DNA of 64,000 nucleotides from Octopus sinensis (taxonomy: Eukaryota), in NCBI RefSeq assembly GCF_006345805.1, contig NC_043009.1, positions 10,044,001-10,108,000 on the forward strand. Direction: 5' to 3'. The notes below the pieces were generated by a model. The model was not told the origin of the DNA and made no database searches. It saw nothing but the letters and a program-made list of their open reading frames with translations. Position numbers and translations under genes: made by a program. Below, piece after piece: positions 50,733-64,000 of the stretch (its first letter is position 1; each line of letters opens with the position of its first letter).

Positions 50733-51050
50733 AGAGAATACTTATACTAAAAGGACAAGCGGTGAATAACTTTACAACCAATCAAACCAACAAACAAAAA
50801 GAAAAACAACAAAGATCTTAATCTATGATCGCCAGAACGTAATTACCGCACAGCAGACGGCCAACCGAATGATAGCTGTCTCGTAATGTGATAATGCTTG
50901 GAGATAAGTATTATTCAAAGATATTATCAGGAAGAGTGACAGTGAGCTCATAGGATAGGAGAAAGAATCGTGTGAAAAGTGAGACTCAAGAAATACTATA
51001 GTTCTTCCGAAAAGGAAGAAAATCCGACTTACCGTTGCTGTATATCTATT

Positions 51051-51290
51051 TCTTTATTTCTTTACTACCCACAAGGGGCTACACACAGAGAGGACAATCA
51101 AGGACAGACAAACGGATTAAGTCGATTACATCGACCCCAGTGCGTAACTGGTACTTAATTTATCGACCCCGAAAGGATGAAAGGCAAAGTCGACCTCGGC
51201 GCGGAATTTGAACTCAGAACGTAACGGCAGACGAAATACGGCTACGCATTTCGCCCGGCGCGCTAACATTCTGCTAGCTCGCAGCCTTCT
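51051..51290 (-). mobile_element. SINE family A with 17-bp TSD
   Basis: GTTGCTGTATATCTATT at 51034-51050 and 51291-51307. Confidence 0.95.
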
Positions 51291-51350
51291 GTTGCTGTAT
51301 ATCTATTAATGAAAGAGAAAGGAATTGAAATAATAATAATAATGATGATG

Positions 51351-51395
<45 letters not shown>

Positions 51396-51559
51396 TAATA
51401 ATAATAATAATCCTTTCTACCATCAGCACAAATGTGGAAACTTTGTGACAGAAAGAGCAATAGTCAATTATATCAACCCCAGTGCTCGACCTAGGCGGAA
51501 TTTGAACTGCCGCTTAGCATTTTGCCCGGCGTGATCATGGTCCTGCCAGCCTTTAATAA

Positions 51560-53900
51560 TGATAATTATGTACTCCTCTCCCTTCTGAACTCTTCAGTCT
51601 ACAGGTGCACGCTCAGAGTAGGCCCATTCACTCGAGCCATCCTCACCACATTCACCCACCTTTTAGTAAATTTACTGAAGGGCAGCACTTCCCTTTGCAC
51701 CCTCACCTTACATTTCGGTTGGAACTTGAAATAGTTGATGAGGGCTTTGTCGAAGAGGAAAGTGTCTGTCTTCATTCCTTTCAGTCGTGTCCATCGTGTC
51801 CACTACACAACCTCTTCCGCCAGAGCGACCAGTCAGAGGAAAACTACCTGTCCTTCACGCCCAAAGCATGGTCAATATATCATCGATAAAACTCCACAAG
51901 TCAGCAATGCTCGGACACTGAACGAGTGCATGCAGAATAGTTTCGTCGCTCTACTCCCATCTCGGACAGTTTCGTCTGACGATACTTTAGTACTTATCTC
52001 GGACTGAAAGTTCTCCGGAACAGTCAATGCATAAAGAAAGGAAGAGAGAACGCATTCCAGACAGACCGAACACGTGATCTGAAACGGTTCCGATAGGTGG
52101 CCATTTACTCTGACCTTCGAGTAGATGCCGTTGTTCATTGAAGCGATTCAGTCACTGAAGATGGGATCGAAACCAAGCAACTGTCTTGAGAACAGCTTTC
52201 AAGCATCGAAGGTCGACTCTAGCGAAAGTTTCGATTAATCTAAATTGATCAAATCCTCACCGAAGCCAGATTTATTCCCTACCCATTCTATGATGCATAG
52301 TATGAGGTGGAAGTTGTCTTCCATTCACTTGGTAAAAATTGCGCATGTCTGTGCTATCTCAACCGGACTTTTGATGACAGGCACCAACCACTTTGGCCAA
52401 AATCTTAAACTCCATGCTGAACAGAGTTATGGGTTGTGAATTTTCAATCACCTCCCCCTGGTTCGCATCTTTTCTCATCATTACTGCCCGGCTAACAGAA
52501 TTGGCAATTCTCCCGTTCCATTGCCAGTTGCAGTACAAAGCTGTGAGGACATCGGTCAAAAATCTAGCACATCTACATAAAACTCGTAAGGTAGACCATC
52601 CAAACTGAGCAATTGGCACCTCGTATGGCCGATCAGTGCTTCCTGTATCTTGGCTGCTGTTATCGGCTTTGCAAAGCACTCCACTAAAACCTCGGTTTGC
52701 GAACGAGTAGAAACTATAGGCTTTCATCATCTCTGACGACCTGGTTGCACCGAACAGTCGTACGAAATGCTACTGGAAAGCCTACATTTCTACCTAGAAT
52801 CGAGCAGAAAGCGTCCTTCACGGCCTGTTGAAGATCGAATTGTAGATTTGTTGCCAATTAACACCTTTGCCACTCGAGCCCGTTGAACAACTTACCTTCC
52901 TCGTGACTTAGTGCACGAGCTTTCGCTCTAACAATGTAACCTTCACGTTTCACATTGAGAAAAATGGTCTAGAGTCATTCTCGTAGCTAGTACATCAGTT
53001 GTAATGCTACTCCTAATCGCCTCATCTAATCTAGCTTCTAATTCCTATGTCTATTTTTTTTCTATTGCTAATTCTTTACTAAAAGTTATTGATCCTACTG
53101 TAATCACTCTCTTGAGAGCGCACCACCACCTGTTGCTAACGATTGCGCCTGTTAAATGTTGCTTAACTAATATGCTAATGCAGCCTTTGTAGGTTTTATG
53201 TGCTGTAAATGATACGTTAGTTTCCAGTAATCGGGTCCCTGTTCTATCTAGGTCGACCATGCAGATCACGACTTTGTGGTCTGAATATACTAACATCTGT
53301 AGTTGTGGGCGCTCCGCGCTATCCTTATCTTTTAGTCGAATGAAATACTTAAATACAATTTGGATAATCCACCACGATTACTCTATGCCCACACTGGTAT
53401 ATTCGGAAAATTTTGTCGGTAACTCTCAGACAGCTGAAAATGTCTGATTAGGTTTCTGAAGCTTTTCCACATCTGCTTCTATCAGTTACTCATACACTGC
53501 TCTATTGTACGTCTAAGATGCCGTTCTAGTCCCCCGCTAACAATAAAGGACGAGAAGTTTCGAGTAAAGCTTCTAGACACCTAAAGAAATATGGCTGTCT
53601 TGCTCCAACCGGGACATAGACAATCACCAGTCTAAATTCGCCACCTTTAATATAGCTCACTTTCAGGACCACCAACTCATCGTCCGGATCCAGAAAGAAT
53701 ATCAGTATCTTGAGATCCAAGCCTTTCCTAAACAACACTGACACTCTGCCTCCAATTACAGGCTGACTAAGAAATGCGTAGATCTCAAAGTTGTCGAAAA
53801 TGAGGATCGATGTGCACATACTGCAAATCCTGGCCTCGCTGACAGCTGTCACATCTATTGCAAGTGACCTGAGGTCGTTGAGGAAACAACCCCAGGCATC
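51560..53900 (-). mobile_element. L1/Tx1-clade LINE ORF2 remnant with most of the RT core deleted
   Basis: APE endonuclease (DVTAVSEARI...FRLVIVYVP...PLLLAGD), linker (SDHK...WWCALK), RT N-terminus (GLPYEF, PITLFSMEFKILAK), then the C-terminal region; many stops. Confidence 0.8.
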
Positions 53901-53984
53901 ATTTGTTTTGCATCCTATCGATGGAATAAATACTTTTGAGAGCTGGGTTCGATGTAATAAACTTACCCTTTTCCACGACATTGC

Positions 53985-55010
53985 TGGCCTTGTGCCGAAA
54001 TTTCAAACCAATATTATTGGTGTTTAAAGGCGGCAAGCTGGCAGAATCGTTAGCACGTCGGGCAAAATACTTAGCAACATTTTGTCCGTCTTTACGTTCT
54101 GGATTCAAATTCCGCCGAGGTCGACTTTACCTTTCGTAATTTCAGAGTTGATAAAATAAGTACCAGTTGAACACTGGGTTTGATGTAATTGACTTACCCC
54201 ACATCACTGGCCTTGTGCTAAAATTTTGAAACCCATATTGTGGTTGTTTTTGTTTTTCTTGTTGTTGCTGCGGCTGTATGTAGTCACTGCTTTCTCTACT
54301 CCTTGAAGGTCGGCTATACACAGAATGGAACAGCTGGCTGTTCTCTTTTGCGGACGACAAATTTTCGTCCGCCGTGTTTTTCCTTCGAAAATGGGTGGGA
54401 CGGCGTGTTTTTAGAATAAACACGAATTTAATCCTAAGGGCTACAAATTGCGAAAAACGAACCAGTTCACGAGGATCCTGGTTAATTTAACTACAAGAGA
54501 AATTCAAATGTTCATCAAAATACTTGGTGTAGCAATATGAAAAACGTGCAAATTTACAGAGCAATATAACGCTTTGAGGCGAGACACGAAACAACAGCAA
54601 TAACAACTATACAACTAATAATTTTCTACTAAAGGCAACTGGCCTGAAATTTCACCGACCTCAGTGTTTCACTGGTACTTCATTTATCGATCCCGAAAGG
54701 ATGAAAGGTAAAGTCGACCTCGGTGGAATTTGAACTCAGAACGTAAAGACGGACGAAATAACGCTAAACATTTCGCCCGGCGTGCTAACGATTCTGCTAG
54801 CTCACTACCTTAACCAATAATAATAATGGTAATCCTTTCTACCGGAGGCACAAGTCCTCAAATTTGTGAGGAGGGGACTAGTGGATTACATCGACCCCAG
54901 TGTTTCACTAGTACTTAATTTATCGACCTCGAAAGGATGAAAGACAAAGTCGACCTCGGCTGATTTTGAACTCAGAATGTAATGCTAATGATTCTGTCAG
55001 CTCGCCGCCT
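53985..55010. mobile_element. Cluster of degenerate SINE A copies (+ 54025-54200; - 54655-55010)
   Basis: Family A sequence. Confidence 0.75.
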
Positions 55011-55015
55011 TAACC

Positions 55016-55101
<86 letters not shown>

Positions 55102-55143
55102 AATAATAATGATGATGATGATGATGATGATGATATAATAATG

Positions 55144-55186
<43 letters not shown>

Positions 55187-55209
55187 TAATAATAATGTTT
55201 CGAATTTAC

Positions 55210-55580
55210 TCTGTACTCTCTTTTACTTGTTTCAGCCATTTGACTACGGCCGTGCTGGAGCACTGCCTTTAGTCGAGCAAATCGACCCCAGGACTAATTC
55301 TTTGTAAGCCTAGTACTTATTCTATCGGTCTCTTTTGCCGAACCACTAAGTTATGGGGCCGTAAACACACCAGCATCGGTTGTCAAGCGATGTTGGGGGG
55401 GGGACACACAGACACACAAACACACACACTCACACACACATATATATATATACATATATACGACGGGCTTCTTTCAGTTTCTGTCTACCAAATTCACTCA
55501 CAAGGGTTTGGTCGGCCCGAGGCTATATTAGAAGACACTTGCCCAAGGTCCCACGCAGTGGGACTGAACCCGGAACCAAC
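55210..55580 (-). mobile_element. SINE family B
   Basis: Family B sequence. Confidence 0.85.
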
Positions 55581-56371
55581 TGCAAGAAATATGGGAAAAC
55601 ATTTTGGGCGACGTTCTAATGATTCTGTCAATAATAAGAATAATAACTGTTTCAAATTTTGGCATAAGGTCAGCAGTTTTCAAGGGAAAGGATAGTCGAT
55701 CGTATTAACACTAGTGTTCAACTGGGATTTATTTTATCGACTCCGAAATGTTGAAAGCCAAAATCGACCTCTGTGGAATTTGAACTCGGAGCGTAAAACC
55801 AGAAGAAATCCGCTGAGTATTTTGTCCAGCGAGATAACAATTCTGTCAGTCTGCCATCTTCCGCCTTCTGAATGATAAAAATAATAAACCGCTTAGTAGC
55901 AGAAACTACGGTACCTTATGTTCTTCCTGACCGCAAAGTGCACCACAGACACGTAAGATTTTACGCTGCATTTTGAAATGTCTAATAAAAAGACATGAAG
56001 TAGTGTGTTCAAAATATGGATAATCTTTTCTTAAAGGGCGTCTTCTAGTTAGTAAGGTAGTGTAAGTCTATTTTTGACTAAAACTGCTTCTATAGTATTC
56101 TGGAAGAGCAGAATACGTCTGTTTGTAGCTAGACTTCTAAAGTAACTTCAGCTGCGCAAGAAAATGTTTTATCGCTAGAAAAGAAAGGAAATAATGCAGC
56201 AATAACTTAACATGGAGTGCAGATTATTCAGTCTGTAGAAATAGACAGTTGATCACATCATCTCTGGTTGTTCATTTCTTGCAAAATGAGAATCCGCAGC
56301 GGCGTCCTGTGGACAATATTCTTAACACTTCGACGTGAAATCTAAGATGTCTTATGACCATGCGTCAGGCA

Positions 56372-56700
56372 TAACGTGGCTGCGTGGTTAAGAAGCTTGC
56401 TCAGCAACCATGCAGTTTCGGCTTCAGTCGGCACCTTGGCCAAGTGTGTTCTACAAGAGATCCGGGCCGACCGATGCCTTGTGAGTGAATTTGATGGTCT
56501 TCATCGAATATGTGTGTGTTGCTGTGTGTATGTTTCTGTGCGTTTGAGTGTGTGTTTTTGTCTGTGTTTGTCTCGTCTCCACTTGACAACCGGTGTTGGT
56601 TTGTTTACTTTGCAGTTCTGCAAAAGTAACCTATAAAATAAGCACCGGGCTTAAAAATATAAGCCCTGGGGTTGATTTGTTCGCATTAAACCCTTAAATA
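56372..56700 (+). mobile_element. SINE family B, diverged
   Basis: GTGGCTGCGTGGTTAAGAAGCTTGC...GGCACCTTGGCCAAGTG. Confidence 0.7.
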
Positions 56701-57724
56701 AATAAAAGATAAAATATTTCACACAGTATATGACAACCAGTTGCGTACTGGGGTCGATCTATTGGACTGGCTCCATTCCTCCAAAATTTCGAGCCTTGTG
56801 CCTAGAGTAGAAAAGAGTATATGACAACGATTTGATGACAATAATATGTGAAATACCTGTCTAAATCGACAAGCTTCTTTGCAAATTGAATTCAAAGCAG
56901 CCCAAACCATCTTAGGCTTTCCCTCCTTCTGGGCCGATAAAATGAAGTACAGGCTGGGCCAAAAGTCAAGCTACAAAGCATTTGACATTTTCTATGTATT
57001 CCGTTATCATTATTATTCATTCATTCCGTTCATCATGTACAAGTACGTCTGTATTCATCATTATTCTATATATTTTATCCACTCTCCTCGCGGTGGAAGA
57101 ATACGGTCCCGAGGATTAGGTCCGGTTCCTGAGCCATTCGCGGTTTCACCATTCGTTTACGGCATGAACTTACACTTGCATGGCTTAAGCAGGATCAACC
57201 AGGTATCACTGAGACGACGAGAAAACGAAGCATGTCTTTACACCTCACGAGCGTACTGAACTTATTTCGTGCGTGACTTTTCGCAAACCTTGTGGTGCTG
57301 GAGCACAATTGTTAGAGCATTGGTCAAAATACCTTCCTGTATTGGTTCCGGTTTTTATGTTCTGGGGTTTCGGAATGCGGACTTAATCTATCGTCAGGTT
57401 GAACACCAGCACCTAATATTTGGTCCCCTCTAGCGGAGTTTACTCAATGATAACCATACAAGTCTGGACTCGGTTCTGAGTTTAACTACCTCCCTCCGAT
57501 CCAGGAGCGCCTGGAAAAGAATGAAGGACCATTTACTTCCTGCCTAAGCGGTAAAAATACAACAAAATGTAAAACATGAAAAGAAGAACCGTCCACATCC
57601 TATACACAGCATTTTCTATACTATGGTACATCTCCCTAGTGTACGCTTTTTCATAATATGATCACACATGTTGTTACATCGACGCCCATCAGTAAATAAC
57701 AGAAGCCACTTAGCGTCACTTACG

Positions 57725-57960
57725 CCGCCGCTGCTGCTGCCACCGCTTCCGCCGTTGCTGCCACCTCTTCTGCTGCTGCTGCCACCACTACAGTTACCGC
57801 TTCCGCCACTGCAATCACCACCATCATTGTAAATGCCACCGCCACCGCCACCGCCACCGCCACCGCCACCGCCATCACCACCGCTGCTGCCACCGCCGCC
57901 GCCGCCACCACCACAAAACAAACGTAACAACAACAACAATAACAACAACAACAACAACAA
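57725..57960. repeat. (CCG/CCA/CAA) low-complexity repeat
   Basis: Direct reading; source of the poly-Gly/poly-Pro pseudo-ORFs. Confidence 0.9.
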
Positions 57961-59016
57961 TACTTCACACATCACTAACAACTCGCACAGCTGCCACTCT
58001 GCAATGCAACAAGCCATGCACTACATCGTCTGCACAACAATTCATTATTCACTATAAAACAACTCATAACAAATGTTACAATCAGCAGAACAACCAATCC
58101 AGGAGTAACATAACACAACACATTACTTAATGTCTCGACAATCATCACCTGATACAACACAACAAAACCACAAAATGACATCAACAAAGACAAAACAATA
58201 ATGGAAAGAAAAACGCAAGAAATCAATGTGACGACTCGGGGGCGGTGAATAGGTCGCGGTTTCAAAGTGACGAAAATATTTTGACACCAATTAAATTTAA
58301 ATGTTGAAGTGAAACTAACGGTTTTTTTGTGTGTTCTTAAATGGCTTATAAACATCTTCCACGCTGCAGTTGTGCTTGTGAATCTCTAAATATATTTCCG
58401 AAATTTTGATTCGAATATCTATGAGAAGTTACTAATGAAATTTCTTGGGATTAACGTAGAATCTTGCCTCTCACAATATAGAAACACCAGTCGAGAAAAT
58501 TGAAAAGGCGTTTTCTCGGATGATAGGGTGGGATATGTGCTGGAACAGCCACTCTGACTCGCGGAGCTTGCACTTGCCGGCGGCAATATCTGCCTCAATA
58601 GTAAATCAAGCTAGCAGTGTATTAAATGCTATTTCTTTTTACCTTTTAAATAACGATATTTTGTGTGTGTTGAATTAGTACACCAATCCCACTGTCTAGG
58701 TTAATGTTTCAGTAATGTTTACATAGCTACTATCCAAAACTGTACGAAACGTTGGAGTATGCAAACACATTTCTACACTCCTCTCCTCACAAGCAAAAAA
58801 ACCCCCTCAATAATGATGATGATGACGGTGTTGGTAGTGGCTTTTTTTATTGCTATCATGCTACAAGGGCTTATTCACACAGGAAAGAATGTTATAAGAG
58901 TAGTGCAAACAAGTGAGGATACACAAAGTTATATAAACTCAAAAGGAAAGGCGAAGGTATACTGTAGATAGAATTCTACTAAGAGAAAATTTTTATACTT
59001 TCACATAATAGTTAAT

Positions 59017-59420
59017 GGCGCAGGAGTGGCTGTGTGGTACGTAGCTTGCTAACCAACCACATGGTCCCGGGTTCAGTCCCACTGTGTGGAACCTTGGGCA
59101 AGTATCTTCTACTATAGCCTCGGGCCGACCAAAGCCTTGTGAGTGGATTTGGTAGATGGAAACTGAAAGAAGCCCGCCTTAAATGTGTATATGTATATAT
59201 ATATGTGTGTGTGTGTGTGTTTGTGTGTCTATTTCTCCCCCAACATCGCTTGACAACCGATGCTGGTGTGTGTACGCCTCCGTAACTTAGCGTTTCGGCA
59301 AATGAGCCCGATAGAATAAGTACTAGGCTTACAAAGAATAAGTCCTGGGGTAGATTTGTTCGACTAAAGGCGGTGCTCCAGTATGGCCGCATTCAAGTGA
59401 CTGAAACGAGTAAATGAATA
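59017..59420 (+). mobile_element. SINE family B, full length
   Basis: GGCGCAGGAGTGGCTGTGTGG head, CORE-like CCTTGGGCAAGT, 3' half. Confidence 0.9.
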
Positions 59421-59969
59421 AAAGAAAATATAAACACAATTGTTATTTAATGAAATATAATTAGAAGCGGTATGCATAAAAAAACAAACAAATAAAATCA
59501 TCCCTTCCTCTCTCCTACGTCGGGTTCGAACACTTAATAACTTTGCAGATTATTCCTTCTATAAGAGTGACCTGATACATTCAAACGCCTCCATAAGTGT
59601 TTTGTTCTTTGTTGGACGGATCTACATTTGCTGAGCTGGTGCTTGTTCCGCGTGATAGTATATTATTGGAGGAGCTTTCACCGATATTTATTTATCCAAT
59701 GTCTTTTGAACTATTCTGATCTTATCTCCTCCTCTCTAATTAGTACGTCGATCCCACCACCTAGGTTAATTAGTTATTTTATTGCCACTGCGGTCCATGC
59801 ATGCATACAAAAAACGTTACAAAGGCGTTTCTAAAAAAACATGCTTATTGTTTGAATGCCTTTGTTCATGTGTTTATTGGTTGAGGATTGATTTGGAGAT
59901 AAAAGTTCACGATGACGACAACAACGACGACGACGACGACCACCACCACCACCATTATCGTCTCATCAC

Positions 59970-60183
59970 CTATTTCTTTATTACCCACAAAGGGCTAAAC
60001 ACAGAGGGGACAAACAAGGACAGACACACGGATTAAGTCGATTATATCGACCCCAGTGCGTAACTGGTACTTATTTAATCGACCCCGAAAGGATGAAAGG
60101 CAACGTCGACCTCGGCGGAATTTGAACTCAGAACGTAACGGCAGACGAAATACCGCTGAATATTTCTGCCAGCTCGCCGCCTC
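59970..60183 (-). mobile_element. SINE family A with TSD-like flanks
   Basis: TTATCGTCTCATCACC on both sides (about 59954-59969 and 60185-60200). Confidence 0.85.
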
Positions 60184-60934
60184 TTATCGTCTCATCACCA
60201 TCATTATCATCATCATCATCACCAACAACATCAACAACATTATCAGCAACAAAGAAGATACGAAATCCTGAAGTAAGAAGAGAAAAAAAAAAACTCATAA
60301 AAGACAAACGAAAACAAATCAAAACAGACGTTGCACACATCTTATGAAGATGAAGTAGTAACTGCTGTGTATGGTGAAGCGAGGATTTCTAAGCGGCCTC
60401 TGGGACTGGGGACAAGGCAAGTTTTAAGACCATCCTCGGAGCTACGACCCGCAGTGGTTTGGAAAAAGCAGTTTCCGCTTCTACTATTGTTGATGCTGAT
60501 TCTGCTGCTGCATACCAGTCCTTTTCCTTCTCTGATTGTCCAATGCCTCAGGGCGTGGGTTTCCCTGCTACCACACGTGCGTCAGTATTCTTCTTGCTTT
60601 TCTCTCTGCACCGACTGTTTGAGAATGACGTTCTGGTGTTCAGAGTTCAAAGATAATCAAAACCTGTATGTCCAAATAATCTGAAACGTATGTTATTTCG
60701 TGTCACCTCTGCATCTACCACCTGCCCATGCTGTGCTGCAAAAGTAGCAATAGACTAAGGGTCAACTTTATTATCAACGATTTTCACCGTGCCCTTCATA
60801 TTGTATAACCACATATTTTGGAATACTAGCAGTTTTGGGCAGGCATGTAACGCTCAGTCTGTTTTCTTGGTTCGTCCTCAGTTTTGAAGGCGAATTAACA
60901 CTTCTATAAATCCTAACCAGGTCGATGGAAACCA

Positions 60935-61170
60935 CATTGTCATCGTCATTGTTCGACCGTGGTCGAGACAATCGAATTTACTATGCTACGCCAGACTTCA
61001 CGGTCCATCATAGCATTACGGAGGTCCTGTTGCTGGATGCTTGTATCCCTGGAGATTACATCAGGGTAGGAGAGTGTGCGCCCTCTGGTATCGCGAGTAG
61101 ATGGCTTCCAGAGGAGAAGAGTAGAAATTGCCTCGTTTTCAGCTCTACAACAGCTCTGCTTTTGTAGCAA
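60935..61170 (-). mobile_element. RTE-type LINE 3' end
   Basis: CCRAENEAISTLLLWKPSTRDTRGRTLSYPDVISRDTSIQQQDLRNAMMDREVWRSIVNSIVSTTVEQ*; same family as 36370-36775. Confidence 0.8.
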
Positions 61171-62379
61171 ACGTCAACTGAGTCTTCTCTTAATTATTAC
61201 TTTGAAGGCATATTAAAAGCACTTATGTTTTTCAAGAGACAAAGATATGCAACTCTTACCCTTGTTCTTTCTTCGATAAAATCGTTTGCTAATGACGCAA
61301 GTTTGTTTCATAATATGCCTCTCGTATATATTTATATTTTTCTAAACTAACGTTTACATTTCTTTGTAGCTGGCAATAGCGAAGTTGCTGTTACTGCCTC
61401 CGTTGTTAAAGTTTTAGCAACACACTTAAGTGTGATGTAGAACGAAGGTCAATATTTACAACCGGGGAATGTTTGCAAGATTATGTTTTCCTGTGTACTC
61501 TTCAGTGTTAACATCTGTGTTTGAGATCGCATCTGCTTTCTTAATTGTCATTGTCTTTATATTTATTTGGGATTTTGTTCTCACAACCTACGAAATATTT
61601 TCTCGAAATTCTTGAGGTTAAGTACACTGCTACCGCTTTCGCGGTTAGCCACTCTTACCCTTACCCTTACCCAGGAAGAAGCTGTATTGAAACACAAGTT
61701 AACAAATATTTATAAAATATAATATAAACACAGACAATGACAAACCTTACATTTCCTAACCCAAGATAAACAGGGTGGATAAAAATGTTTCAAAACCTTC
61801 TGTTCGGGTATAAATAATAAAAGAAATGTAACTTTTTTTATAAGTAAAACGTGGAGAAATCGAGTCTTCTACAGAGCTATCCTGAAGATGTCCAGTCACA
61901 CCAAAACACAAATAACAACAACATCAACGTCAGCAACAACAATAATAACAACACCAACAACAACAACAGCATCATCATCATCATCAGCAGCAGCAGCAGC
62001 AACGACGACTGTTTTAACTTTAGCACAAGACTAGATATTTTTAGGAGGATATTAGCTGATTAAATCGACTCCATTATTTGATTGATACCTTCTTTTATCG
62101 TCCTCGAAAGGATGAAAAGCAAAGTTGAGCTCGACAGAAATTGAACTTGGTGGTCAACCTTATCGAAAGTTTTTAATTGACCTGAGTTGATCATCTAGTT
62201 TTATCTTCTGAATTCAAATTCTTTTGGGGCCGATGAAATAAGTACCCGCTGAGCTCTGGTATCGGTGTACTCAACTAGCCCCCTTTCTCAAAATTTCAGG
62301 TCTTGTACCTATAGCAGTTTAGTTCACTCCTAGATCACAGGATAACAGTGGATGTCTGTAGACAGGTAGTGCGGTTATT

Positions 62380-62680
62380 ATTATTATGGTCAGGTTACAA
62401 CCCTGGGCCGCAACAACAAAGTCTACCCGCCACACAGTTCCTCATCACTGCCTCGAGGTCCAGGAAATATTCTAGGCTAGTTTCTGCAATCAAATTGTCG
62501 ATGTAAGCGTGACGACGTGTCCAGATAGTCGCAGTCGTCTTTGCCCTATCTTGCTGACTTTCGGCAGATATCCATAAAAAGCATTTATCATATGTTGCTG
62601 CTATTTCACAATCTGGGCAGTGTGCTGCTATGACTTGTAGCCTGAAGTAATTCAAATTTTACCAGATAACAGATTTACTC
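62380..62680 (-). mobile_element. Possible L1/Tx1 endonuclease remnant
   Basis: FRLQVIAAH resembles the FRL-VYAP motif of the 53526-53900 endonuclease; heavily decayed. Confidence 0.4.
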
Positions 62681-62699
62681 GATGAAACACACGAGCATA

Positions 62700-63486
62700 A
62701 AACAATAGAAGAAAGCCGATGTTGACTTGTTGAAAGCAGTGTGCAGAAAGAAAGTTAGTAGCCCTTCGGTCAGCGGCCAGAGAGAGGAGGAGGAGTGAGA
62801 GAGAGAGGAAAAGAAACCAGAAAGGGTGAAAAATAAGAAGGAGAGAGATAGGTAGAGAGGAAGACAGACAGGCAGGGAGGAAAGGTCAAGTAAAGAGTTA
62901 AGAGTGCGCGTCATAATTATTGAAATAAAAACTTACTTGGAGAAGAAGAAAACGACGCGTGGCGCTCAATCACATAATAACAATTTAATAAATAAAACAT
63001 ATGCATACATACATACATATATGTACATACCTACGTCTATATGTATATATACATGCATATATGAGTACAGGACTGCTTTCAACAAGTCAACATCAGCTTT
63101 CTTCTGTCTTCCGCAAGCCGATCTTCAGAATGCGTTCTAACGAATTTTTCCACCGTCTAAGCTTAAAAAAGCCCTTATTGTTGGTTTCCTTGTCCTGTTT
63201 TTATTCTTTATTTGTACTGTTTTCTGCTCTTACCTTCGAAACACGCATTGAGTCGAAACAGGGGCAGCTGATGAAGGGGAATATTCCTTGTATTGTTTGT
63301 CTTGTACTCTGTTTTTTCGTTGTTAAAAAAAGTCCGTTTCTTTGTTTGATTTTATGTTTTCGTTTCTCGTTATGTTCTACGTTTATTTGTGGTGTCCTGT
63401 ACTCATATATGCATGTATATATATACATATAGATGTAGGTATGTACATATATGTATGTATGCATATGTTTTATTTATTAAATTGTT

Positions 63487-63490
<4 letters not shown>
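62700..63490. mobile_element. Rearranged copy of the 46020-46835 family with nested inverted repeats
   Basis: 62976-63070 vs 63393-63490, and about 62712-62746 vs about 63071-63103, are reverse complements; ends at (TA)n. Confidence 0.7.
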
Positions 63491-63557
<67 letters not shown>

Positions 63558-63880
63558 CGGAGTTGTTTTGACTCTTAGTTCTAGCAATGCTGGTGCTGAT
63601 CAGTGCTTTTCTTCAATTTAGTGAAGTATACATTTCTGCCTTTAGGTTGTAAAATTGCGAATTAACCACCCATATTATATATATACATATACATAAATGC
63701 ACGTGCGCAGGTGCGTATATACACACTCATACACACACAAAGCACAGGCGCACACACACACACACACACACAAGCATATAAAAGAATATGCACATATTTG
63801 AAGCTTCATTTGGGTGGAGCTTTTAAAATTCACATATGTATGTGGAAATATTGAATCCTCATAATGGTGTCAAGTAATAG

Positions 63881-64000
<120 letters not shown>

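Noticed and set aside
56210-56295. CRL...DHIISGCS-like RLE zinc-knuckle fragment
   Set aside because: Only about 25 degenerate codons; suggestive but too short to annotate
56950-56975. TACAGGCTGGGCCAAAAGT, a mariner-like TIR
   Set aside because: No matching second TIR or transposase nearby
57616-58057. Gly-rich and Pro-rich ORFs with a nearby GTAAGT donor
   Set aside because: Simple trinucleotide repeat; no supporting exon structure

Overview
AT-rich, microsatellite-dense eukaryotic DNA made almost entirely of interspersed repeats. The tRNA-derived SINE families look like those of octopus/coleoid cephalopods (recalled from memory, not searched). No intact host protein-coding gene is visible; nearly all track ORFs are translations of simple repeats, and only weak exon candidates remain (best: 2074-2214, +). 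Recognisable elements: three abundant tRNA-derived SINE families (called A, B, C here), a full-length but inactivated Tc1/mariner nested in a SINE inside a hAT-type MITE, two non-autonomous Helitrons, a MITE with 8-bp TSD (Merlin-like), fold-back elements, and decayed Gypsy pol, L1/Tx1, RTE, R4/Dong-type and Penelope remnants, plus a 100-N gap. The most notable signal is at least four sequence-distinct families of minimal type-I hammerhead-ribozyme motifs in non-coding Penelope-like/retrozyme-like repeats. Two of them form large divergent fold-backs inserted in (TA)n tracts, and one carries a compensatory U3-A8 core swap. SINE A recurs as head-to-tail concatemers with an invariant junction, and SINE C uses one head with four alternative tails. 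All family assignments and alignments were made by eye.
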